A DNA stretch of 64,000 bases, taken from Tubiluchus corallicola (lineage: Eukaryota > Animalia > Priapulida). The notes under the pieces were generated by a model. It did not search any database. It saw only the letters and a list, made by a program, of their open reading frames with translations, and was not told where the DNA came from. The translations under genes were made by a program, and so were the position numbers. Below are positions 26,552 to 54,440 of the stretch, piece after piece; the stretch's first letter is position 1; each line of letters opens with the position of its first letter. The DNA lies in the NCBI GenBank assembly GCA_030141605.1, contig JAQGDQ010000735.1, forward strand, positions 1 to 64,000, in the 5' to 3' direction.

Positions 26552-26776
26552 CGGTTAATTAAATTTTGATACCAAACTTGAAGGACAGGAAAAGTCTATG
26601 TTACGCTTCAAGTTTTCCATTTCCTGCCTTTCCTGCTTCAAATTTCTCACCTTTAATTTTGATATCAGACTGGAAAGACAGGAAAAGTCTGTCTTGCACT
26701 TCAAGTTTTCCATTTCCTGCCTTTCCTGTTTCAAATTTCTCACCTTCCAAGTTTGATATCAGAATTTAATTAACTG
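26552..26776. mobile_element. MITE built from a 93-bp tandem unit, with ~23-bp TIRs
   Basis: CGGTTAATTAAATTTTGATACCA / revcomp CAGTTAATTAAATTCTGATATCA, with TA after the right end. Internal units start at 26564, 26657 and 26751 (partial). Confidence 0.7.
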
Positions 26777-27029
26777 TAATGCCACTATTGTAGTATAAAC
26801 ATGTTTTTCTAAATCAACATAAACTTCAGATGTGATGAACTCAAGAATGAACACCATTTATGCCTACTTTTAGAATTATTCATGGCTTGATCAAACTGAA
26901 AGTAACAGCAGTGGATTTCAGCAATGATTAATCAAAAATTGATTGCTCTTTTATTGTATTTATAATGTTTGGCGGATTTTTTCAGTTGTGTCAGTCGAGG
27001 ATTGATGGTGTGCATTTGACATCAGCAAA

Positions 27030-30000
27030 ATGGCTGTGGATATAATTGGAATTTTTGTACTGGTTATACTCTACTTTATCATTCTCATTATTGGTGTTTG
27101 GGCTGCAAAACGGAGCAAACAGATTCTTGGGGAACAAGAGAACAGTGATGAACCAGTTAACATGGCAATGATTGCCAATCGAAAACTTGGCACTTTTGTT
27201 GGAATCTGTACAATGACAGGTAACATTTAGTAAGAATATTGCCTAGCAACCACAAAACTTGTGTTGTGATAGCACTGAGCAATATTTATTTTTCTTCTCT
27301 CTTTCTCCAAGTTTTCCTGTTTCGCTTTTGACTTTTCTTGTTTCTGCACCACTTTTTTTATCGCTCTCCTGCTTCCTTTTTCTGAAACTATTTTTTCCTA
27401 ACTGTTTATAATTATGTGCATGCACGTTAATTCTAGCTTTATTGTTTGTTCAATAATTTCAACATAAACATATTTTCAATAATTTTCATATTTTCATAAA
27501 TTTAGTTACTTTAAAAAAATTTCAGCTACATACATCTGTGGCAGTTACATCAATGGTACAGCAGAATCGGTGGCAAATTATGGCCTTGTGTGGACTCTAG
27601 CTCCACCAGGAATATTTTTAGGAATGATAATTGGTATGTATTTTCTGTGTGTCGGCAAAAGCCCAAAAGTCTAAAAACAACATCTTACAAAAACATAGGT
27701 TGCAGTTTGAATTTTTCTATTCATTATACTCAGGTTACCTTGAAATTCTTGTGAGTATTTTTCTTACATATTATTACAGTATAAGCCTTTTCACAAGTTT
27801 CATTGTGCGCACGTACAGTTGCTGTAAGTCAAAGGTTAAGTGAACTACAGTAACAAGTCTTAACTACTTGTAATCGTTATGTGATGTGGGTAAAGCAAAG
27901 CTGTCTGTTATAACAGTTCAGTAACATCAGTTATTTTATGTGAAGTTTACTTAATTATGCATTGGTCTGTGCGTAGAGTGATTTACTAACAGGATCTTGC
28001 TTGGGAACAAGAAAAAATGAACTAGGTAAAGTTTTAGCTAGCTTTTAAACTGTTACTGTTACACTGTATGGGCTGCAAGACGTCGTCAAGTGTACACAAA
28101 TTCATTGTCTAGTACACTTAACCTTTCATTTTTTCAATATCAATTGCTGGAATTGTGAAAAGGCTTTTAAATTCACTGCATGTATAATGGTTTTTACGAA
28201 CCAACTGATTTGTTATTAAACAGAACCAAAACAGTAACTTCATATACATTATGCTCAGTGGTCTACTGAAAATAGACTGTAAGTTAAAGTTAACTGGATA
28301 TATATATATATATATATGTATACAACAATTAAAGGTCTATGTAACCCTCACGGACACTGAAGTTTTTTTCAACGCATTATTATGATTACACATAGAATTC
28401 AGAGTCTTTATTAAACAAAACAGACTTATAATTTTTTCTGGTGATTTTCGAATGCGTGCATTGCTGTAAAGATCGCCATGTTTCGCGTCTCTGGCAAGAA
28501 TGACGTGCGAGGTGCAAAAAGCATCTTTGTTTACCAATCTTTAGGTACATCGTGACTGCACTTATTACGTTATTCGTCTCGCACAACAAAAATGGCAGTT
28601 CTTCAAATTTTATACTGCTAACAACCAAATGATAAAAAATCAAAAGAAACAAGTTTTGCAGCCTCGTCTCCATTATGATTACTCTACGGCAGTAGTACTA
28701 CTAGACATGGAGCAAAAGAACTAATTAAGTTCACTAACTCGCACTATCATTTTCACGCTTCAGCCACGGATGAGCCATGCCTTGCATTTACAGCTTGTAA
28801 CTTCACAACTGCAAAAATTTACCTTCTGGGTAATTTATGAGAGCAAGTATATCCTACATTCTGCAAACAACTTAAGTGGACCTGCTCTTAAATATAGTGG
28901 CAGATTAGCTTAAGGACTGATCAGATAAATAAACGAGGTTTGCCTTAAGAGCAAGTATAGCCACATTATGTAAACCACTTAAGTAGACCTTTCTCTTAAA
29001 TTTAGCATATAATGCAATTCTTGCTGAGTTTATTAGCTAGCCAATTAACAAGCCATGAGTTATTATAGGAAATAGTGTAAAACCTGATGTGTGTCAAACA
29101 TACAAACTTACTTGTAACATATTTTTGTAGGTGGCCTGTTTTTTGCAAAGAGGATGAGAGAGCGCAACTATGTGACCCTTTTAGATCCATTTGAAGAAAA
29201 GTTTGGCCAAAAAATGGCTGGTATTTTGTTTGTTGCTGCTCTCTTTGCAGGTAATTGGCCAATGTTTTATTAGTATGGAAAATTTAAAAAAAATGGTTAG
29301 GGGTTTTTCAAATGTTTTTTATGTTGCATTTTTGCATAAAATGCAACATATTTTAAAAAAGTATATACTGCAGACTCATGTAAAGCTGTAAGGTTCCTAC
29401 GTGGCCTACTTGGTCAATTCTCCAAAGAACAATTGTGTGTAATTTGCTAAAAAAATGATTTGAAATAAATGAATTACGGAATTTAAAGTAAGTAATTAAG
29501 TAAGGTAAATGCTTTAAAAGTTCAGTTCTTAACAGTTTGTGACCATATGGCATTTTTTCTACTGACGAAGTGAATTTGTAACATATGACTTAATCTGCAT
29601 GAAATTGTCATCTAATTTTATCAATAGTTTTCTGCCCACATTGTAAATTAGTCTGTGCTTTCCTCGAATGTTGACTGCAGCTGTTTTTAATGTCTTATTG
29701 TTGAGCTTGGATTAAATTATACAGTATTATCACTGAGTTTTTCTGGCTGTCTGCATAAAATCAAACATTTTTTTTATTTGCAGCTTCAAAAATGGTAAAC
29801 ACCGTAAGGCTAAAATTCACAGTTCCCCACATGCAAGAAGTTAATTCGTGAAGCGGATTAGGGTTAGGGTCACGGTTAGGGTATTTAAATTGTGTGGGGG
29901 AATTGTAAACTACTTTCCAACCTAAAATTATTTTCTGAATTTTCATCTTAACTATTGTATTTAAACAGACATATTTTGGACGTCTTCTGTTATGGCTGCA

Positions 30001-33000
30001 TTGGGTACAAGTATAGCCGTGGTTATTAATATGGATACAACATTGTCAATCATCATATCATCCGCTGTCGCTGTCCTGTATACCGTGATTGGTCAGATGA
30101 TCTCCGTTGCTTATACTGATGTTATACAACTTGCATTTATGGCTTTTGGACTAGTAAGTTTTGGTTTTTTTGTATAAATCTAATTTTGTTATAATACTTG
30201 TCAGACAATGAGCAGAAAAAATGTTAAGAGCCCAGCATTCAAGCAAGTGGCAGGAAGTGGACCAGGGGAAGCATTGTTTTTGTCATTGCTATTGTACATC
30301 CATTGACTACAAAACTATGACTTGTTTGTACTCTTATGTCGAAAGTTTTTTATGAATGCCCTATAACCAAAGCTTGATTAATTAATGAAATAAAGCTACA
30401 GTTATGATGGACAAGTAAAGCAAACAATTGCCAATAGTGGAGGACAATAGTAACCTAAGCCAGTAGCTACTGTTTTGCTTAGAAAAGGCAAATTGCAGAT
30501 TTACAAATAAATCTGATGGCAGTTATTATTTCCTAATGTAGCAGAAAATTAATATCAAGCTTGCTAGAAGTAAATATGCTAAATCTGTCACTTATGCGGT
30601 ACATTTTAGAGTCTTTTTTGCAAACTGCTGTTCTGAGCCCGTAGTGTAAAGTTGGTATAGCCTGATTACATGAGTTCGAAAGAAGCCGCAAGTCTTGCAA
30701 GTATTCCAGAACACAACTACAAGACGATTTGGTGTTAGTAGGACTTATACACAACATTAGGCTAATAATACAATAATGTGGCTACTGCAATGCAAATAGA
30801 TTACCCTAGCAATTACTACAGCTATCACTGCAAAGAACTTGACTGTGAAATTAATAGGTGACAAACAATTAAACAAAAATACCGTAAATAACTGATGGTT
30901 TGTCACACCAGGTATATACCACAATGGATAATACTCCTATCTTATGTCTGGAGAATTGCAGACTTGATACTGTCTTACTAAATGCCTTAAAATGGTGCCA
31001 TTGTGACTGTGTTGCCTAGACTGGTGACAAAAAAGACAAAATGTGGATGTAAATAAACTCTGTTATGCAGACATAGTTAGTTTTTTTATTTATTAAGAAT
31101 ATTTATAAAATATACAGTATTATATAAACTTCAGTTATAGATCATCCGTAAAGAAAACTTTCTAGGGAAGAGTACAAACAGGTCACAGTTTTGTACCATT
31201 TGAGAACGTAATAAATAATAAATAAATAAAAATAAAAGATGAAACTGGCAGGCTATATTAGCTTTAATGCCAGCCTGTATTATGAAATGACAAACACGAT
31301 CAAGTATATAAATTTATAGTTGGTGAAATTTGCAGTATAGTAGACGAGCATTATGTTCCTTTTTGAGTTGTAGTCCACCACTTTAAGTAATATTATGAGG
31401 ATTTCATAAGTAAGGGGCTGATCAATTTCAGTATATGAAGTTTTAATGTAATCATACCCTTCAGTTAACAGTTACAATCAATTTTCTACTCATAATGTAC
31501 AAGTAGTAACATTTTTTGTAGTGAAATATCTAGTGCTGACTAAATTTATATACTAGCATGTTGGCAGTTGCTTTTTTTTCAGTTTCTCAGTTTGCCGTTC
31601 GTTTTTACCAATACTAATGTTGGAAGCATTGTTACAAATTCTGATGAGTGGTTAGGCTCTCTGCCGAGTGATGAAATAGCAGTATGGCTGGATTTCTTTA
31701 TCGTAATGGTAATGAAAGTTTAACTTACTTACTTTGAAACTTAAACAGATGTAATGGACATTTGATGATGATACAACTGCAAACTAAGATCGTTTTCTGT
31801 TGGTATTAATAACTTTTTTTTACCAACTGTGAGGCTGGTAAAACCAAATTTTAACCAAAGATTTTTACTCCCTCACTAATTTGTAGTAAAAATTTTTGGC
31901 ATGTTTCTTCAAGTGCTCTTGGCGTGTTTCTTCAAGTATGCTTTGACGCAATAGTCAAGTACATTTGGCTATTCGTCGGTCAAGATCGTGCTTCCATGAT
32001 AAAAGACTTGTGCGAAACGACAAGAACCACAAAGAGTTATAAACTAAGTCTTAAATGGAATTCTAAGGCCAATAAACATTTTCTTAACACAATTATTAAA
32101 CCATCTATAAAACGGAGCTAACCAGATTCTGCTCACAATTTACTTTGGCAACATTGCAAACTGCTGAACATTGTCATATTTCCGGTGAGTTCAAATTATC
32201 CATTCATATCCTTTTATTTTCAGATATTTGGTTCTATTCCTTGGCAATCATACTTTCAGCGAGTTTTGTCAGCCAAATCTGGTCAACATGCACAGGTGTT
32301 TTCAATCATTGGCTCATTTGGTGCTCTTCTGCTTGCTGTTCCGCCAGTTCTTTTGGGTGCAGCTGGAGTTGTAGCTAGTATGTTATTATTAGCGATTTAG
32401 TATACATTAATCATAATGTAATCATTAATGGGGCCAAACAATTGGTTCTTCTCTAATTCATGGTTCAAGATTTCTCTCTAATTAGGACTGTCTATGGTCA
32501 GTTTTTTGTTTTCTGACTATTACAGTAACTAACAATCATTATATGAATTGTATGCCAATTGCCCACATTATTGGATATAATGTTTTCTCATAGAAGTAGT
32601 ACTGCTAAGTTCAGTTTGCTCTTGTATATCAACCATAAGTCATCTGTAAAACTTCTTGGCATAAATCGAGCGCAAGAATTTCGTATTAATTAGTAAAATT
32701 TATCTGTATGAATTAAATGCAATGATCATTAACTCGATACATAATTTACCTTTTGTGTAGTATGATGTATCTTTTAAGTCTTAAGAAAAAAGTGTCATAT
32801 TAAAATAATAATCTCTACATCAGAAATGATGAAAAATTAAGATGTATGGAAGATTTGTCTAGTTCCTTTGTAAATTGCTCTTTCTCTATGTTTTTGTGTA
32901 TTTTCTTCATACTTTTATTTTTTTCTGTTTTTGCTTTGCAATCTTTGTCATGTAAGAAAATTTTTAGTATATGATAAAAATTTGTATGCTTCATTTAAAT

Positions 33001-36000
33001 GACAGCAAATAAGTCTATTTTCGAGGCTTTCTATTTTTCATGATTAATTACTTTTTGCTTGTCTCTTATTTTAAATATTTGTACTAAGCAAAAGCTTGTT
33101 AATAAGCCTTTTCACAGTTTCTTTTTGCACACGCGCAGTTGCTGTAGGTCAAAGGTTAAGCATTCCACCGCAACTAGTCTTAACTATAACCGTCATGTAG
33201 TTGAGGATAAAGCAAAGCCCAGTCCAGTAACTTCAGTTGTTTTACATTGCTGGAACTGTGAAATGGTTTATTCTTGGAAACATTTTTGTTCCATAACAAT
33301 TTGGGACACCGCTTGCAATGATTGTTCTACAATGAAAAATAGCATTTTGTTTCAGATTGGACAGACACATCATATGGTGCGAGTCCAGTTGCAAACAACG
33401 AGAGCGAAAAGATGCTGCCTTTAGTTTTAGACAACTTTACTCCACCTGCCGTATCATTACTTGGTAAGAAATGGCACTTTCATAGTACTTTGGTTAATCG
33501 TGCGCGTTTCTTTTTTTAACATAGGATCGTGTACCAAAAAATGCATCATAAAAAGATCACCAAAAAGAAAAAAATAGATTTTAGCCCCTAAGTATATGCT
33601 AATATAAGGAAAGTTCCAAAGAAGAAGCTCATGGTACAATGTTCATTAATTTTTGTTGGGATATAATAGAGGTTTTACAATAGAATGTGATGTTATTGGA
33701 TGTTTACTGAAAAACAAAGAATTGCTTAGTAGCTTTCAAACAGAAGTTGGTTATCTCATTTTTGGCCCGTTTTGCTTTCAAACAGAATTTTGTATTAAAA
33801 ACAACCAAAACCAGTGGCCTGTAAAGAGTGTATTATACGTTTGACTCTGTTTTTCTTGTTTCAGCTACAATATGACTTTTCTGCAAAGGGAATGTGTGTT
33901 CAACTTAATATTCCGTGTTTTGACACTATAATTCTAAAATGTCTTTATTCACTTAAAGGAAAACCGGATAATTGTGTAAACACGAGTTCATAATAAAGAA
34001 TGCTCTAAAATATTGAAAACTACAATAGCTTATTTTAAATCAAAGCTTAGATTAAATAATAATTACCTCTGATACTGAAATTTTGTTAAACTTTCAAAGC
34101 TACGCCGGCTCAGTGAATCTATTAAGATTGGCAGCGGCGCCTTTTTGTCACATGCACATGGCCGACAAATAAAAGGCGGTACCATGATCATGAACTGCTG
34201 TGTTAGTTTCATGACGTCATATGATGTAAAGCCCACTTTTCGTGACATCATGCATTTAAACAGTACTGTAACACCTATGCAAATGTGCTTGACGCACAAG
34301 TGAAGACGCCTGCAATTGCACAAACTGTGGTTAGTTTCTGACGTAAGCAATAACTGTGTTCGGTTGCCGTTAATTAACTTTCTAAGCTAATTATTCAAAC
34401 ATAAGGAACAATTGTTAACTTTTATAGGCAAGAAAATGTATATTTTGGATAGTAAATTAAAATGAGATTGAATCTAAACAATCGTCCGGTCTTCCTTTAG
34501 AAACAGACTGTCTGTAAGTTGTAAAACTTTGGTGCTGAGCATATGGAACAGTGAATGTAGGTTTCAATCAAAAATTCACCCGCACTGGTTGAAAATTGTA
34601 TATGTACCAAACAGCCAAATGTTATTTTTACTGTAATTTTTTTGCTGAGATTTTACTGTATATAATGTGAATGAAATGTCCGGGGATGTGGAGGTGGTGT
34701 TTGTATGTGCTGTATATAATATTGTCTTTTATTTATTTTTGCGGTATGCTATTATGTTTTATTTTATGCCTTTTCTAAATTTCTAAAATAAAGGTTTAAA
34801 CTGAAATTTAATTCAATTTTTATGGTGTGTACTTTTTAAGCTGGACTTGGTATAGATGAAGAAAGAGTTTAAGCTGGACTTGGTATAGATGAAGAAAGAG
34901 AGACAGTGGCATGTGCATAAGAATGCCATGTGTGTATGTAGATGACCAGATGTCCATACCTAGGCCACTCTTGAAGAAGATTCAAATGCCTCAATATTTT
35001 CCAAATGCACCTAAAACTGCCATTATATTTTCGCATGACGTTTCATTGCAATGTATGTCATAGTTGAAAACAAAACAGAACTGAAGCTTATGATGTTTTA
35101 TCATTAAAAATTATTTGTAGGTTTATGTGCCATTGCGGCTGCTGTGATGTCATCAATGGATTCTGCCATATTGGGATCCAGTTCCATGTTTACGCACAAC
35201 ATTTACAAAATTTTACTGCGACCCAAGGTATATAACGCTTTCTTTTCGTGCATGATATGTGGTATTTGGCGTGCAATATGCCTGTGCAGTATGTTGTGTA
35301 TGATAAATTCGTAAGTATAGTGATGAAAGCTTCTCCTTTTTAATGACTGACTAAATTCTTGTCCCAAAACACAAAACAGTTTGATATCTAGAATAAAAGA
35401 TTTTATTTTGATATTTGAAGTCTCTTATTTGCAAACAATGCCTAGTTTTAATGAAAAACAGAGTTGTAATAAGCTGAATTAATACAAATCACAGAAAGCT
35501 GCTTTTTCTACTAATTTATCTGTATGAGTGAGAGGACTATATGTTGGCACATCATGTTAACTTAAATTGCTATATGAAAACATCCAGAATGTGTATCGGG
35601 AAATGTAGGAAATGCGGCCATACTATTAAAGTTACACTATGAATTTGAATACCACAAGAGCATAGCAGTCATAAATTAAAAAGAGGAGACACTTGCACAC
35701 TACACAATATTATTTTGGATGAGGTATTCCGTGAATTTAAATATTTCGAATTCCTGTTTGACCTTTTTGTATATGTCACCTTGAATATGACTGTTTGAGA
35801 AATACTTTGCAGTATAAGTATCATTTTCTAATTTTTCTAATTTCACTTTGCAACTCGCATACTGCAGGTAGTTTACTGTTACTAGTATGTTGTTAGTAGA
35901 CTATAACTATATTATTGACGCAGATGCATATACAAAACATTTTTTGTGAAATTATGCTGAGCAGCTTGTTTTCAACTGCTAGTTTTATGAAATCCAAAAC

Positions 36001-36720
36001 TTCCTTATGTTCATCTTGTTGTCTTTGGCATTTGGCTTCAGAGGCAAGTTGCTCTAAATTATTGTTTTAGCAGCTGAATTCATATAAAGAATTCTCACAT
36101 AGCAAAATAAAAGTTCTTTTCTTTTTCAGGCATCAGGGAAAGAGCTGCTGTATGTTCAACGTGTGTCAATAGTAGTAGTAGGCGTGGTCTCCTGTACAGT
36201 AGCATTGACTGTTTCAACCATTTATGGAATGTTCATTATAGCTGCTGATCTGGTTTTTGTGGCTCTTTTACCACAACTCATCGCATCCGTATACTTTACC
36301 CGTGTGAATACGTACGGATCGTTTCTTGGCTTTCTTACGGCAGTTGTTCTACGTGTTCTAGCTGGTGAACCTTCGTTGCAGTTACCAACCTACATATTTT
36401 ATGGAGGTTTATATGACGCGGAGAAAGGACATTTGTTTCCATATCGGACGTTTGCTATGTTGTCATCTTTGACATTGATTCTCAGCATATCCTATATCAT
36501 GTTCTGGTTATTTAAATTTTGCAAGCTCCCGCTATGTTTCGATATTTTACAGTGTTTTAGTGAAGAAATAAAAACTACTCAACCAGAAAAGATGGTAGTA
36601 GAAAATAGAGCTTTCTGGGCAAGTGAGAATTTTCATAACTTCAAAGTGGCTGAAGTGAATCAGCCTTTAGGCCGGTCGAGTGAGTGGCCTGATGGTGAAA
36701 ATCACATTTGTAAATTTTGA
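27030..36720 (+). CDS. SLC5A7: Sodium:solute symporter, SLC5A7/high-affinity choline transporter (CHT1)-like, 9 exons, 562 aa
   Basis: Exons 27030-27219, 27526-27633, 29131-29250, 29969-30153, 31583-31708, 32224-32377, 33356-33463, 35121-35227, 36130-36720 (1689 nt, phases consistent). Family motifs: [86 protein letters not shown]. It may be a paralogue rather than the true orthologue. Confidence 0.92.
27779..28169. mobile_element. MITE family B, copy 2
   Basis: ATAAGCCTTTTCACAAG..TTGTGAAAAGGCTTT, with the same internal sequence as copy 1. Confidence 0.78.
29814..29911. mobile_element. Short foldback element with TTAGGG-like repeats, copy 2
   Basis: Inverted homologue of 3696-3833 with fewer TTAGGG units. 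Confidence 0.7.
33101..33272. mobile_element. MITE family B, copy 3 (internally deleted)
   Basis: AATAAGCCTTTTCACAG..CTGTGAAATGGTTTATT; both ends retained in only about 170 bp. Confidence 0.75.
33957..34496. mobile_element. Kolobok-like MITE
   Basis: TTAA|AGGAAAACCGGATAATTGT..ACAATCGTCCGGTCTTCCT|TTAG: TIRs starting AGG, with a TTAA-like target site. Confidence 0.65.
34835..34900. repeat. 33-bp tandem duplication
   Basis: TTTAAGCTGGACTTGGTATAGATGAAGAAAGAG occurs twice in tandem. Confidence 0.85.
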
Positions 36721-39582
36721 AGTTTGTTCTAATGATTTAAGCATGAATTGTTGAATTCCACATCAAGTGAATGGACAGCCAGAGCATCCAGCAAGTGCAA
36801 GAAACAATCTGAAAATCATCCGGTAAATTTTATATTTTGTATTATGATTTAGTGTTTTATTAGGGCTACTGTGATATGATGGGATTTTATTGAAAATAAA
36901 GCACACCTGGGGTTTTCGTAATGCATTTAGCCATAGAAATGCTTAAACATATTGATGTATATATTTTATATAATATTGTTTTTTGCATTTTTTTATCTTT
37001 TCTCAGACGAGCTATGCGTTTTTTGTACACGCGATTTTCAAGGTTTTCCATCATCGGGTTTAAAAATAAATGTGATCGTTTTTGCTGAACTTTTTTTTTG
37101 ATTTTGTAAAACTTTGCATTCACTGGGCCTGTTTGCAGAATACGCCATTTGGTTACCCAAACATCTTGGAATTACTACTATTGTGGGTTTTGGTTAGCCA
37201 GATTAGTAGCAACTTTGGTTTATTTAGTGCAGTGCAGGGAGGTAATGTTATATATCCAGTCGCCACATTTACTATTAAGACATACTAGTGACCTAGACTG
37301 TTCACATTTAAGATGATGAAATTGAAGAAAATGCTTATTATTATTATTATTATTATTTTTGTTGTTGTTGTTGTTAATACCGTATATACTTATGTACAAG
37401 TCGAATTTTTGGGAGGTGATTTTAAGGTGAACTTTTTGGGGTCGACTTATACTTTCGATATGTTTTTGGGAGATGTCGCTAAAGAGTCGTCTACAATATG
37501 TAAAGATATAATCCTTCATTATCTACTGGACTGAATAAACACTCATACTGTGATACTTCACATAAGAGAATATTCACATCTTGACATTTCACAAATTTAA
37601 CAAAGGGTAGTGTAATTTATTTTAATGTACCGGTATGTGAAATTAAGTTATAATTATAATTATAATATAATAATAATAATCATCATCATCATCATTTTTA
37701 TTATTATTTGGTCACATGAATGGCACCATTGCAACTTTTCCATTAATTTTATTAAAATGTAGACAAATTTTCTGTTTAATAACTTATTTTTTTCTGTGGA
37801 CCTAATTCAGCCATGTCACTTCGCATCACATTTACAGTGATTTATATAATTGTACTTTTTCTTCCATGATTTATATCTAAAGAATATCTTATCATACTTG
37901 TTGCACATTTTTGGCCTTTTTATAGTGTCTTAGTTCAAAAGAGCAATAAATTTAACCTACGCTTAACCTATTTACCTACTCTCTTCTGCTGTATTTGAAA
38001 TTTCTTTATTTTTTCTTAATTTTTTTCTTTTCTCTATCTATGATACGTATTTTCCATCTGCGATTTTTCTCGCTTCAATTGCAACCACTACGCGGGAGTA
38101 CTATGTGCTTTTTGTCTCGATTATTCTGCTGCAATATTCAGAATAAAAATTGCTCTTCTGTGAGCAAAACTTGAAGTTGACTAAGACACATACGGCAAAA
38201 TATACAAACTGTACGGCTGCACTTTTGTACATGTAAATGTGTCTGTGGTGCTGCTATGATTGTATTTTGCTGCTGTCTCTGATTCGTTGTGAGTTTGATA
38301 CTTTTAGCTCTATAAAAGTGATTCCTATTTGTCAGAGTAAGAACTAACAACCTTTCTAGCAGGAAAATTTTGAAGAACTGATGTACCAAAGAAATTACAA
38401 CAGCATTAATTTTTTTGCAAAACTAATATCACAGCTTTGCTAGCAACGATGACCAAGTTTTTCAAGTAAAGTTGGTCGGCCCAGACATTGTGTGTGTGTG
38501 CGGGCATGCGAGGGGGCACATATGCTTGTGTGTAGAGGTTCTGGATTCATATCCTGGTTGATACACAATTTTTCAGTTCAAATGTGTGTGTGAGGGGCTA
38601 AATTAAAACTTGCTGACACTTAGAGTTTTTAAAGCTTTAAAACATGTTTGTGAATTTTAGATGCATAATAATAACACGCTCTTTAGGTAGAAAGTTTAGG
38701 GGTTTGAGAACTCATCACAATCTTTATTAAAGGCACATGTTATGTAGATTACATGTATGAGCAGTATGCAGTCTATCAGTACAATCGAACAAGTGTACAC
38801 ATTCACAGCAAGTGCAAAAAAACTACATACAACATCAAAAACAGTAACTCACGCAAGTTGAAAATTTGAGCAGTAACAAACAGTCCTAATAAAGTGTCGC
38901 TAATTTCTATTTACAAACATTTAAATAATTCTTATGGTTTTTCGTAAGGATTTCCGTGCGATTTTTGCCTCGTTTTAGTACTGGCATTCCTACCAAATTG
39001 AGCTAAGTTCGTGATAGTGTAATAAGCACAGTTATTAAATATACCATATACATGTACTTATAGTACTCCTAAAGTAATGCATTGACAAATTTGTTAATAC
39101 ATATTTTATTAACGTTAATGCAAGCATGAATGGTATATTTGTATGACGGGAGCATATTAAACAAACAAAGTTTTACCAAATGATTAGCTTTAACACAGTG
39201 AAAAAAGACTAGACTGGCATTTTAAAGGCACATAGTGATTGACAATTAATGTTATGCGTTTCCTGAGCCTTGAAAAACAAATGATGGAAAACATACAATC
39301 AACAATTTCAATGTCAGAGACGTTTACATAATTGCTAATAATAAATTAGTACTAAAATTGTTTACATTGGACGTATACTGTACATGATTAAAGATTACAC
39401 ATCTAACAAGTTTTCTCAACTTTATAAAAGAAGGTTTAACGAAGAGATATTCACATTTGTAGTTTACGCAATTATTTTATATAAAAGCTTCCAAATTATT
39501 AGTTTTTTCAGTGGTTTACACAGTAAATGATCAGAAAGTTTGCAATAAGATGCCTGGATATGAAAGGCACAGTTTGTGATTT

Positions 39583-54440
<14,858 letters not shown>

